The notes beneath the pieces are model-generated. The model did not search any database. It worked only from the letters and a program-made list of their open reading frames with translations, and had not been told where the DNA came from. Below are positions 17,746 through 27,467 of a stretch of 64,000 nt of DNA, in pieces (positions within the stretch are counted from its first letter, which is position 1; every line of letters starts with the position of its first letter). A program made the position numbers and the translations under genes. The stretch is from an uncultured Verrucomicrobiae bacterium. GTDB lineage: Bacteria; Chlamydiota; Chlamydiia; Chlamydiales; Rhabdochlamydiaceae. Location of the stretch: positions 1,792,001-1,856,000 of the forward strand of contig OY970364.1 of assembly GCA_963718565.1 (NCBI GenBank), written 5' to 3'.

Positions 17746-19929
17746 GTGTTGGTGAATTTTTTCTTACGAAAATCTGTTATTCTCTTTTTATTCAGCTGTA
17801 TTAGGGTTGCAGCCCTCGATCCGTTTCCTGAAGGCAGGGTTCTTTTTGAGCCTGAAGAGACCACGCTCTTTCGCGATCTAGAACTCATTAGAAAAATCGA
17901 TGCTAAAATTACAGATGAATTGCCCATTTTCTATGATTATTCGATGGTCGTGGGATATTTTAATATGCCGTCTGCGCGCATGATGAAAACAGGTGTCTTA
18001 GGTGTTGGCGCGGCTGCTGTAAAACCCTACAATATTTACGGCGCCAACTTTCAAATGTTCGACCGCTTAGAATTTGCTTTGAACTATCGTGTTTATCGAG
18101 GAATGATCGAACGTAACTTTGGACATGAAGGATTTGGGGATGATGCTGACCGGATCGGAAATGTTAAATTAGGCCTGCTCACATTGCAAGATGGTTTTCC
18201 CAGCTTGCCGCAAATTTCTATTGGTGTGGAAGATTTTATTGGGACGAAAAGGTTCAACTCAAAATATATTGTGGGAACAAAACAGTTTCTCGACTGGAAT
18301 CTCGAATGCTCATTAGGCTGGGGAAAGGGAAGAATAAAAGGGTTTTTTGGCGGTCTTGCCTGGAGTCCATTTCGAAAGTGGGATATCCCTGTTTTAAAAG
18401 AGATCTCATTTCTTGCAGAATGGGATGCGATCAATTATAAAAAACATCCTCATGAACACCCTTCCGGAAGAAAGGTAAAATCACGGGTCAATGGCGGGGT
18501 TTCTTTTCTCGGTTGGGATACACTCCAATTTTCCGTAAGTTCTGTCCGCGGGACCGAGATCGCAGCTTCGGGCTCATTGCGCTACCCTATTGGAACGACA
18601 AATGGGTTTTTCCCAAAAATGGGCGATCCTGTTCCCTATCAATCCCCCATCGATACCGAGCCGCTGGGGGTTGTGCGCAACGAGCAAGATTTTTCTCAAG
18701 AGCTCGCGTATGCATTGAGTGACCAGGGACTCGATTTGTATTCTGCCTTTCTAGAATACGATGAAGCGGGTCAAAAAGAACTTTGGTTGAAAATCGTCAA
18801 TAACCGCTATCGCGAAGAACGTATTGTCCGCGAACGGGTCCAGCATGTTCTCGTGGCGCTGACTCCTTCCGATGTGAAAACAATCATTGTCATCATCGAA
18901 GCTGATGCTCTCCCGTGCCAAGCTTATCGCTATCGTAATGAAGATCTCAAACGGTGGCGGCTAGGCCAGATCAGCGATTTCGAGTTGGAAACAGTTTCTC
19001 CCATGCGGGAAGCTCCTCTCATGCCAAGCGAATACGACGCTGCTAAAATCTTCCAAAGGCGCAAAAGGATCTGGACATTTACCGTTCGTCCGCGTTTATT
19101 AACATTTTTTGGCAGCACTTCTGGAAAATTTAAATATAATTTCAGCGCAGTTGCTTCTCCAGAAGGGTATATATTAGACCAAGTGTACTACAAATTTCAG
19201 GTCAGCTATTCCATTAAATCGAGTATGCAAGGACTTGGCGGTCCAGACCGCGCTAATCCTTCTCGATTGCTGATCGTGCGCACAGATTCATTAAAGTATT
19301 TTCAAACCAATACATTTTCGATGGAACAAGCTTATTTCCAAAAGGGATGGAATCTTGGAAAAGGATGGTTCTATCGGCTCGCTCTGGGATATTTCGAAGC
19401 GGCATATGGCGGCGCTGCCACGGAATTGCTCTATTATCCGGTTAATTCCCGTTGGGCAATCGGCGCAGAATTTGCCGCTATCCCCAAACGGCATTACCAC
19501 GGCATCGGGTTTAAAAGAACGACGCTTCAATTAAGAGGAGATCGCTATGTTAAGGAGCCTTTTGTCGGCATCCAATATTTTTTAGACTTTTACTATGATT
19601 ACAAACCTTTGAACATGGATTTGCTCCTGTCCGCCGGCCAATTTCTTGCCAAAGACAAAGGAATCCGGATCGATATTGGGCGTTACTTCAAAAGCGGGAT
19701 GCGTTTTTCACTGTGGTGCACCTTCACTAACGGACATGATCACGTCAATGGCCACACCTATTTTGACAAGGGTTTCGCTTTCATTATCCCCCTCGATATT
19801 TTCTTAAAACAAAGCAGCCGCAATTACATCAGTTACGCGATGGCGGCATGGCTTAGAGATGTAGGGGCTCGCGCTGAAACAGGCAAGAAACTTTATTGGA
19901 CCTTAGAAGAGGAGAGATATGATTATTGA
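17746..19929 (+). CDS. YjbH-domain outer-membrane beta-barrel protein
   Basis: G.FNMPSARM, P.ISIG..DF.GT..F.S.YIV.TK, G.FLAKD.G, DKGF...IP.D motifs. Confidence 0.8.
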   Translation: MLVNFFLRKSVILFLFSCIRVAALDPFPEGRVLFEPEETTLFRDLELIRKIDAKITDELPIFYDYSMVVGYFNMPSARMMKTGVLGVGAAAVKPYNIYGANFQMFDRLEFALNYRVYRGMIERNFGHEGFGDDADRIGNVKLGLLTLQDGFPSLPQISIGVEDFIGTKRFNSKYIVGTKQFLDWNLECSLGWGKGRIKGFFGGLAWSPFRKWDIPVLKEISFLAEWDAINYKKHPHEHPSGRKVKSRVNGGVSFLGWDTLQFSVSSVRGTEIAASGSLRYPIGTTNGFFPKMGDPVPYQSPIDTEPLGVVRNEQDFSQELAYALSDQGLDLYSAFLEYDEAGQKELWLKIVNNRYREERIVRERVQHVLVALTPSDVKTIIVIIEADALPCQAYRYRNEDLKRWRLGQISDFELETVSPMREAPLMPSEYDAAKIFQRRKRIWTFTVRPRLLTFFGSTSGKFKYNFSAVASPEGYILDQVYYKFQVSYSIKSSMQGLGGPDRANPSRLLIVRTDSLKYFQTNTFSMEQAYFQKGWNLGKGWFYRLALGYFEAAYGGAATELLYYPVNSRWAIGAEFAAIPKRHYHGIGFKRTTLQLRGDRYVKEPFVGIQYFLDFYYDYKPLNMDLLLSAGQFLAKDKGIRIDIGRYFKSGMRFSLWCTFTNGHDHVNGHTYFDKGFAFIIPLDIFLKQSSRNYISYAMAAWLRDVGARAETGKKLYWTLEEERYDY

Positions 19930-20011
19930 GGGAATGTTTTCTCTTGATTGAACGAGAAGAATATGCCACCCTTAGAGACGTTCTCTTTTTTTTAATCTTG
20001 AGGTCGTCGAA

Positions 20012-21658
20012 ATGATAGAAGGCTACGAGGAATTCACTGAGAGCCAAATAAAAATTTTACAACGTTATGTGACCAATACTTCCAGCAATATCTTTGCTCT
20101 TCGCAATCTTCCTGAAGTGATTAAGGGAGCGCTTTTTTCCCGCTATTCGCGATCAAGCCTTGGCTTGAGGTCATTGCTATTAAAAGATTTTATTCTGAAT
20201 GAAGAAACGGCTTTTAATGCCATCGCTGGCACTCATACCGGTGAGCAAGCGGAACATGAGCTTGAAGACCAGATCATGGCGATTAAAAAAGCGCAAAACT
20301 TTTACGATCGTATTTTAGACGGGTATGGCGATGATTCCATTGGCGAATTAGGAGGAGCCCATTTGGCAATTGAGAATGTCTCAATGATCGCGGCCAAAAT
20401 TGTTGAAGATTGCCGCATTGGCGGTTCTCCTTTGGAAAAATCGACCCGGTATATTTACTTCGATCAAAAAGTGGATGGAGAATACCTTTACTTTCGTGAA
20501 CCGATCCTGATGACGTCGGCCTTTCGTGAGTCTTATCTTAACACATGTAATTATCTTTTCGAAACTTACTCTTCCTTAATTCCTCCCTTGACTGACCTGA
20601 TGGAGAAAAAGTTTCCGAAGGAACACGACGTTTCCAAAGTCGCTTACACCGCTGCCTTGCGCGCAAAAGTCCTCGATTGTTTACGAGGCTTGCTCCCAGC
20701 AAGTGCTTTGACCAATATGGGCATGTACGGCAATGGGCGCTTCTTTGAAAGTTTAATTCAGAAGCTCAATGGTCACAACCTCGCAGAGATGCAAGATGTC
20801 GGACGAAAGTCTTTTCAAGAACTATCGAAAGTGATCCCTTCCTTCATCCGACGTGGCGATTCTACACATAAATATCAACGGTCATTTTCTCAATTCCAAG
20901 AGCAAATGAGCAACGACCTCAAACTGCTTGCTGATCGCCATACTCCTTCGATTGCCAAAATGCAGAATACAGGTGTCCGCTTGATCAACTACGACCCCGA
21001 AAGTCCTGCTAAAATCGCTGCGGCCTTACTTTTCGAACATTGTGATGCTGGCCTGCACGAACTGCAAGAATACTGCCGCACTCTCCCCGAAGAGGAGCTC
21101 AATCGTATCCTCGACTCTGCGTCCAATTTTAGGGAAAGCCGACGTCATAAATCTCCGCGGGCCCTAGAACATGCACCCTTTGCCTTTGAGATCGTTGCCG
21201 ACTTTGGCATCTACCGCGATCTTCATCGTCATCGCATGCTTACCCAAGAGCGGCAGCTGCTTTCTTGCGATTTTGGTTATTTCGTTCCCCATGAGATTTT
21301 AAATACAGAGATGGAAAAACAGTATCGCGAAGCGATGGACGAGGCCAAAAAAGTTTATGAGCTGATCGCAGAAGAACTTCCCGAAGAAGCTCAGTACGTG
21401 GTGCCCATGGCATACAATATGCACTGGTATTTCCATGTGAATTTGCGTTCGCTTCAATGGCTGTGTGAGCTCCGGTCATCCCCAGCTGGGCATCCCAGTT
21501 ACCGTTTTATTGCCCAAGAATTGGCCAAGCAGGTTTCCAAAGTCTTCCCTTCTTTTGAAAGATTTTTCAAATTCGTGGATTACGAAGGTTATGAACTCGG
21601 AAGACTTGGGCAAGAGATTCGCATCATTGAAAAACGGTTAGCAAGGACATCTTCTTAG
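20012..21658 (+). CDS. thyX: FAD-dependent thymidylate synthase (long tandem-domain form)
   Basis: EKSTRY, RDLHRHR, EAQYVVP, NLRSL...ELRS motifs; 548 aa. Confidence 0.88.
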   Translation: MIEGYEEFTESQIKILQRYVTNTSSNIFALRNLPEVIKGALFSRYSRSSLGLRSLLLKDFILNEETAFNAIAGTHTGEQAEHELEDQIMAIKKAQNFYDRILDGYGDDSIGELGGAHLAIENVSMIAAKIVEDCRIGGSPLEKSTRYIYFDQKVDGEYLYFREPILMTSAFRESYLNTCNYLFETYSSLIPPLTDLMEKKFPKEHDVSKVAYTAALRAKVLDCLRGLLPASALTNMGMYGNGRFFESLIQKLNGHNLAEMQDVGRKSFQELSKVIPSFIRRGDSTHKYQRSFSQFQEQMSNDLKLLADRHTPSIAKMQNTGVRLINYDPESPAKIAAALLFEHCDAGLHELQEYCRTLPEEELNRILDSASNFRESRRHKSPRALEHAPFAFEIVADFGIYRDLHRHRMLTQERQLLSCDFGYFVPHEILNTEMEKQYREAMDEAKKVYELIAEELPEEAQYVVPMAYNMHWYFHVNLRSLQWLCELRSSPAGHPSYRFIAQELAKQVSKVFPSFERFFKFVDYEGYELGRLGQEIRIIEKRLARTSS

Positions 21659-21659
21659 G

Positions 21660-22919
21660 ATGGGTCAGAAACAAGGAAGTGTGATCGGGGGCATGCTGCT
21701 CATTGCCGGAAGCTGCATCGGTGCGGGAATGCTCGGGTTGCCAATTGTCACGGGAATTTCAGGTTTTTTTCCTTCATTAGCCATGTTTTTTTGCGCCTGG
21801 GTATTTATGACCTCAACCGCATTGTTGCTTGTTGAGGCCAACAGCTGGTTTTCGCGACGGGTCAATCTATTGTCAATGACGGAACATGCTCTTGGAAAAT
21901 GGGGAAAAGGGGTCTGTTGGATCACTTATCTTTTTCTGTTCTATGCCCTGCTTGTCGCCTATATTTCAGGTATTGGGAATTTGTGCAGCACATTCTTTAA
22001 ATTCAATGTTCACATCTCTTTTCCAGAGTGGTTGGGAAGTGTTATCTTTGTTCTGGTATTCGGATGGGTCATCTATCTTGGGACACGCAAAGTCGATCTG
22101 TTCAATCGCGGACTCATGGTAGGGAAGATCGGGTTTTTTGTTCTTCTTGCCTTTGTCGGCGTCTCTTATGTGAAACCCTGGCTGCTACTGCGAACGGCTC
22201 CCATTTACGCTCCTTCAGCGCTTCCTCTTTTGGTCATTGCCTTCGGATTTCATAACATGATCCCTAGTTTGACGGCATATCTGAATGGCGATCTAAAAAA
22301 AGTTCGGATCACAATTATTGGCGGAAGTTTAATGGCCTTTGTGATTTATCTGATTTGGGAAATTCTCGTCCTCGGCATTGTCCCGATGGGTGGGGTCAAC
22401 GGCTTGCTCTACAGTCTAACTAAAGATCAAGAAGCGTCTCAATCGATCGCAGCGATGATCAGCTCTCCTGCTGTGCGGATCTTTTCACAGGGACTGGCCT
22501 TTTTTGCGATTTTGACTTCATTTCTTGCCCAAGCTTTAAGTCTTGTCCATTTCTTGGCTGATGGATTCAAGATCAGTGGTAAAAAACGAGAAAATATCGG
22601 CTGTAGCATCCTTGGCCTTTTTCCTCCTCTTCTCCTCTCGATGATTTACCCCAAACTATTTTTTAAAGCCCTCAACTTTGCAGGCGGTGTATGCGCGACA
22701 ATCCTTTTTGGGCTTCTTCCTGTGGCTATGGTCTGGGTCGGACGCTATCGCAAAGCGACACCTGCAAATTACCAAGTGTCTGGGGGCAAACCTGTTTTGG
22801 TGATGATTTTTTGTTTTGCATTGTTTATCCTGTTTTTACAACTTTCGACAATGATCGGAGCTCGCTATATCCCAAAAATTCCTAATGACTACCTCACTAT
22901 GAGCGAGCAGAAGATCTGA
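21660..22919 (+). CDS. tyrP: Aromatic amino acid permease (TyrP/Mtr family)
   Basis: GG.LLIAG.CIGAGML.LP and FGFHN.IPSL motifs; multiple TM helices. Confidence 0.85.
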   Translation: MGQKQGSVIGGMLLIAGSCIGAGMLGLPIVTGISGFFPSLAMFFCAWVFMTSTALLLVEANSWFSRRVNLLSMTEHALGKWGKGVCWITYLFLFYALLVAYISGIGNLCSTFFKFNVHISFPEWLGSVIFVLVFGWVIYLGTRKVDLFNRGLMVGKIGFFVLLAFVGVSYVKPWLLLRTAPIYAPSALPLLVIAFGFHNMIPSLTAYLNGDLKKVRITIIGGSLMAFVIYLIWEILVLGIVPMGGVNGLLYSLTKDQEASQSIAAMISSPAVRIFSQGLAFFAILTSFLAQALSLVHFLADGFKISGKKRENIGCSILGLFPPLLLSMIYPKLFFKALNFAGGVCATILFGLLPVAMVWVGRYRKATPANYQVSGGKPVLVMIFCFALFILFLQLSTMIGARYIPKIPNDYLTMSEQKI

Positions 22920-24920
22920 ATGGGGATGTTCCACTTAAAAACTGAATTTTCTCCGCGTGGAGACCAGCCTCAAGCGATCGAACGTATCGTTAGCGGAATT
23001 CAATCGGGCAAAAAATCGCAAGTCTTATTAGGTGTGACAGGTTCAGGAAAGACATTCACGATGGCAAATGTCATTGATCGCATCAAGCGACCTGCCCTGA
23101 TCATTGCGCATAACAAAACTTTAGCAGCACAACTTTATCAAGAATTTAAATCTTTCTTTCCTGACAATGCCGTTGAGTACTTTGTTTCCTATTATGATTA
23201 TTACCAGCCGGAAGCTTATATTGCCCGCACCGATACCTACATCGAAAAGGACCTTGCTATCAACGATCAGATCGACCGAATGCGGCTCAGCGCCACACGT
23301 TCATTGATCGAGCGCAATGATGTGATCATCGTCTCCTCTGTCTCTTGTATCTATGGCTTAGGCTTGCCAGAATACTACGCCCAAATGTTGCTGATTTTTA
23401 AAGTGGGGGAAAAGCGCCGCCGCGATGATGCCTTACTTCACCTTGTTGAAATGCGTTACAAGCGCAGTGATCTTGACCTGATGCGTTCGACATTTCGCGC
23501 TCGCGGCGATATTCTTGAAATTTTGCCTGCCTATGAAGAAGACATTGCCTATCGGATCGAATTTTTCGGCGATGAGATCGATCGCATCAGCGAAATCGAT
23601 CCTCTCACAGGCAAAGTGCGGCAACGTTTAGAACAGGTCACCATCTATCCTGGATCTCACCATGTGACTCCCGAATCTGTCCGCCTTATTGCACTGGAAA
23701 CAATCAAAACGGAGCTCAAAGAGCGAGTCGCTTTCTATGAGAAAGAAAAACGTTACGTAGAGATGCAACGCATTCATCAACGCACGACCTACGACGCGGA
23801 GATGATCAAAGAAATCGGTTTTTGCAAAGGGGTCGAGAATTATTCCCGCCATTTCAGCCGCCGCTTGTCAGGGCAGCCCCCTCCTTGCCTTCTCGATTAT
23901 TTCCCTAAAGATTTTCTGCTATTTATCGATGAGTCCCATCAAACATTGCCGCAATTGCACGCGATGTACAACGGCGACCGTTCGCGCAAAGAATCGCTTG
24001 TCGAATTTGGTTTCCGTCTTCCTTCTGCTTTCGACAACCGTCCGTTGAAATTTGAAGAGGTTTACCAACGCATTGAGCAAGTCGTCTATGTCTCGGCCAC
24101 GCCTGGAATGTGGGAAGTCCAAGAAGCGCACGGGGATGTGATCCAGCAGATCATCCGGCCTACGGGGCTTCTCGATCCTGAAATCACAGTGAAACCTGCC
24201 GAGGCGCAAGTCGACGATTGTCTAGAGCAAATCCGCCAAGAAACCGAAAAAGGCGGCCGAGTCCTCGTCACGACACTCACTAAAAAACTCTCCGAAGATT
24301 TGAGTAAATATCTCACGGAGATTGGCGTCAAAGCAAAATATCTCCATTCGGACATCGAGACCCTTGAGCGCGTCCAAATCATCAATGATCTGCGTCGCGG
24401 CCAATTTGATGTCCTTGTCGGCATCAACTTATTGCGCGAAGGACTAGACATTCCGGAAGTGTCTCTGGTTTGCATCCTTGATGCCGATAAAGAAGGATTT
24501 TTACGGAGTGAGACTTCGTTGATCCAGACCTGCGGGAGAGCTGCGCGCAACCTCAATGGCCGTGTCATCATGTATGCCGACAAAATCACCAAATCGATTC
24601 AAAACACGCTCGACATTACTTGTGAAAGACGTGCCTTGCAAAAAAAATATAATGAAGAACATGGGATTACGCCTCACACAGTCCGACGCGGGCTCATTCA
24701 AGATCTTGCGGAAACTTTTGGCGAGGTTGTACAAACCCTCCAAGAAGAAGAAAAAGAAGTTCCCTCTCAACTTTCGGCAGATGAAGTGGAAGATAAAATC
24801 AAAGAATACGACATGGAAATGCGCCGTGCAGCCAAAGAGTTGCGTTTTGAAGATGCAGCCCATTTCCGCGATCTGCTAAGACATTATGAAAAGCTGCGCA
24901 TTCTGGAAGATAAGCTATGA
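22920..24920 (+). CDS. uvrB: Excinuclease ABC subunit B
   Basis: GDQP.AI, GVTGSGKT, YYDYYQPEAY, DESH, GRAARN motifs. Confidence 0.97.
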   Translation: MGMFHLKTEFSPRGDQPQAIERIVSGIQSGKKSQVLLGVTGSGKTFTMANVIDRIKRPALIIAHNKTLAAQLYQEFKSFFPDNAVEYFVSYYDYYQPEAYIARTDTYIEKDLAINDQIDRMRLSATRSLIERNDVIIVSSVSCIYGLGLPEYYAQMLLIFKVGEKRRRDDALLHLVEMRYKRSDLDLMRSTFRARGDILEILPAYEEDIAYRIEFFGDEIDRISEIDPLTGKVRQRLEQVTIYPGSHHVTPESVRLIALETIKTELKERVAFYEKEKRYVEMQRIHQRTTYDAEMIKEIGFCKGVENYSRHFSRRLSGQPPPCLLDYFPKDFLLFIDESHQTLPQLHAMYNGDRSRKESLVEFGFRLPSAFDNRPLKFEEVYQRIEQVVYVSATPGMWEVQEAHGDVIQQIIRPTGLLDPEITVKPAEAQVDDCLEQIRQETEKGGRVLVTTLTKKLSEDLSKYLTEIGVKAKYLHSDIETLERVQIINDLRRGQFDVLVGINLLREGLDIPEVSLVCILDADKEGFLRSETSLIQTCGRAARNLNGRVIMYADKITKSIQNTLDITCERRALQKKYNEEHGITPHTVRRGLIQDLAETFGEVVQTLQEEEKEVPSQLSADEVEDKIKEYDMEMRRAAKELRFEDAAHFRDLLRHYEKLRILEDKL

Positions 24921-26368
24921 CATCCAAAATGGTTTTCGGAAATCTCCGAGAGAAAATCACAGAAAATAGAACGATCGTCTCTCTTTTATCACTGTTATTC
25001 ATCATTTTCCCTTTCCAAAGAAGATTTCATGGATGCATAGATTCATGGTCAAGAAGGTTAGCTCTTCCCGACTTCCCTCTTCCTCCATTTTTTTCCAAAA
25101 AGATCCATCTCTTTATCACTGATCCACTCTTTGTCATCTTAGCGCTCATTCTTCTTTTCCGCTTTAAAGTCAGTTTCCGCGAGCTTTTTTGGGATGGTCC
25201 CTCTAAATATTTGACACTTCTTTTTTTCACAGCGTTGACTTCTCTCTATTTTTCTATCACAAGCCATTATGCGCTCCAATATTTGCGCCTCTTTCAATTT
25301 TCATTGATTTTTTTATTTTTTAATTCGATCTGTTGTGTTCGAAAAAGAATCGACTTGATCTCTTTCACTCATCAACTCGCCTGGATCCTCGTTATCGTTT
25401 CCTGTTTCCAGTGCGCTCTTGGCATTTATCAGTATTTCAATCAGCATTCCCTGGGCTTAAGCTTTTTGGGTGAGCTTAATATGCGCCATTTTCCCTTCCT
25501 CAATCCAGGAAAGCACAGGTGGCTTTTCGATAAATCCCAATCATGCGAGCTCTTATATCGCGCTAGCGGAACATTTACACATCCCAACATCTTAGGTGGA
25601 TTTCTGTTCTGCTCCGTTCTGGCGTCTTTTTATTTGTTCATTAAAACCGAGGCCAAACTTAAGCTCATCCTCTTAATCAGCGTGATTTGTTTGCAGGTCT
25701 TTACACTTTACGTTGTCTTTTCCCGTTCTGCAATCTTAGCGCTCGTTTTGACGATTTTTATCTGGGGAGTTCTTCAATACAAAGCTATCCTAAAACAGAA
25801 AGATTTTCGCTCTCCGGCAGTCCGTAGATTCGCAATCCTCGCTTCCACAATTCTTGTGAGCGGTGTGTTCGGCATCGTGCTTTTCTATTCGCAACTCACA
25901 GCAAGGGGCGGGATCATCAATTACAATGGTGTAACCAGTTATGCCGATTCAGAGCGCATTCAATACTTAAGAATGGCCATCGACATGATTAAAGAGCATC
26001 CTCTATTCGGCATTGGATTCAATAATTTTCAGCTCTATGAAGAGCCGATCCAGCCCGACTATCCCGGTCATGTTTTCTTTTCCAAGGTTCATAATATCTA
26101 TCTTCTCATCGCCTCTGAAATGGGCCTGATCAGCGGCGGGTTTTTTTTGCTCTTTATCTTTTCGATCTTAAAAAAGTCATGGAAGGGCATTTGGCAACAA
26201 GAAGGCTCTCAAGAAAGGATTTTTCTTCTTTCCGTCTTTTTGGGGTTATTGTTTATAGGCGCATGCGACTTTTATCTCGTCCACACCCCACACGGGAGAA
26301 TGTTATTTTTTGGCTTTGCTGCGCTGCTTTATTCTATTAATAAGACAGCGGAAGATAGATCATGTTAA
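24917..26368 (+). CDS. O-antigen ligase family membrane protein
   Basis: RASGTF.HPN, SRSA, HPLFGIGFNNF, VHNIYL...SEMG motifs. Confidence 0.8.
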   Translation: MTSKMVFGNLREKITENRTIVSLLSLLFIIFPFQRRFHGCIDSWSRRLALPDFPLPPFFSKKIHLFITDPLFVILALILLFRFKVSFRELFWDGPSKYLTLLFFTALTSLYFSITSHYALQYLRLFQFSLIFLFFNSICCVRKRIDLISFTHQLAWILVIVSCFQCALGIYQYFNQHSLGLSFLGELNMRHFPFLNPGKHRWLFDKSQSCELLYRASGTFTHPNILGGFLFCSVLASFYLFIKTEAKLKLILLISVICLQVFTLYVVFSRSAILALVLTIFIWGVLQYKAILKQKDFRSPAVRRFAILASTILVSGVFGIVLFYSQLTARGGIINYNGVTSYADSERIQYLRMAIDMIKEHPLFGIGFNNFQLYEEPIQPDYPGHVFFSKVHNIYLLIASEMGLISGGFFLLFIFSILKKSWKGIWQQEGSQERIFLLSVFLGLLFIGACDFYLVHTPHGRMLFFGFAALLYSINKTAEDRSC

Positions 26369-27321
26369 GGAATTTAAAATGGCTCATTTATTTAGCTTTA
26401 TTGATTGCCATGGTCTCTTTTGTTCATAGTGAACAAAACAATCATCGACTCGTCAAGGAGAAAAAACGAAAGAAGCCATTGCCGCAACAGCCTGCAGAGC
26501 CCCACTCTCTCCAGTATACTCCCGTATGGCCTCCACCTTTCCAGTATACTCCAGAACTTCCTCGGCCAAGTTCTTTTTACGATCCTTTAGTTGATTATTT
26601 TTTGAAAAATAAAATCATCTTGTGCACCGGCCCATCTTTGGGTCGATATGAGATGTTAAAAAGGACAGTTGAGGATGATTTAAAACTTATTCCGTTTAAA
26701 AAAATATTCATCACGACTAATGATTCTGCGAATGTAGGAATTACTTTTAATGAGGGAAAGGTTATTCCAGCTCAATGTTATTTAATTCCAGATAAGGGGC
26801 AAGCGATAGATTGTGCTAACTGTATCATTTCGACAATGAGACATGCAGTGAACCATCCTGAAGTTCAAGATGACGATATTATTCTATTCAAGCATGAGAG
26901 TGTATATATTAATGATATGGAATTGATTAGTAGAGCAATCAATAAGATGGTCAATGAAGGATATGATATGGTCAATAGACGGCTGTATCCAAGTTGTTGG
27001 AATTTTGGGATTATTTGTACAGATACAGATACCTTTTTTGTGAAAGTATCCGCAATTCGAGAAATCATTAAAGATTCCCCTGACATCATTGAATTACCGC
27101 CTCATCAATCGTTTTGTGAATTGTATTTTCATGAAAACATAGTGAAGTACATCCCTAATGCATACAGCATTTCTTATTGCCACAATAATGGAGGACCGAC
27201 GGAATTAGGATTTTATCATTATGCAAAAAGGAATCAACCCTTTTGGGATAGAACAAATTATGACCAACTTTATATCCAACCCGCTTTTGAAGTTGCTTGG
27301 GCATATACGGCACGCGGTTAG
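26362..27321 (+). CDS. Hypothetical protein with N-terminal signal/TM and Pro-rich stem (possible glycosyltransferase)
   Basis: Hydrophobic N-terminus, basic/Pro-rich linker with duplicated QYTP, DDDIILFKHE. The last residues (YTARG*) come from element D. Confidence 0.5.
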   Translation: MLRNLKWLIYLALLIAMVSFVHSEQNNHRLVKEKKRKKPLPQQPAEPHSLQYTPVWPPPFQYTPELPRPSSFYDPLVDYFLKNKIILCTGPSLGRYEMLKRTVEDDLKLIPFKKIFITTNDSANVGITFNEGKVIPAQCYLIPDKGQAIDCANCIISTMRHAVNHPEVQDDDIILFKHESVYINDMELISRAINKMVNEGYDMVNRRLYPSCWNFGIICTDTDTFFVKVSAIREIIKDSPDIIELPPHQSFCELYFHENIVKYIPNAYSISYCHNNGGPTELGFYHYAKRNQPFWDRTNYDQLYIQPAFEVAWAYTARG

Positions 27322-27466
27322 GTTTGGTGAATTTTGGTGCGTCCTCAAAAACCTATGGCAAGCACTGAATGTTATTTGGATCCATGCCGGGCTTTGCATT
27401 TATCGATCTCAATCAGGCATGGATCAAAATGGTCTTCAACTTTTGCCATGAGTTTTTAAGGATGTA
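27304..27466. repeat. Family D end followed by a ~130-bp imperfect hairpin module
   Basis: TATACGGCACGCGGTTAGGTTTGGTGAATTTTG (also at 46170-46202), then arms GTCCTCAAAAACCTATGGCAA...GGATCCATGCC / GGCATGGATC...TTGCCATGAGTTTTTAAGGAT. Confidence 0.75.
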
Positions 27467-27467
27467 T

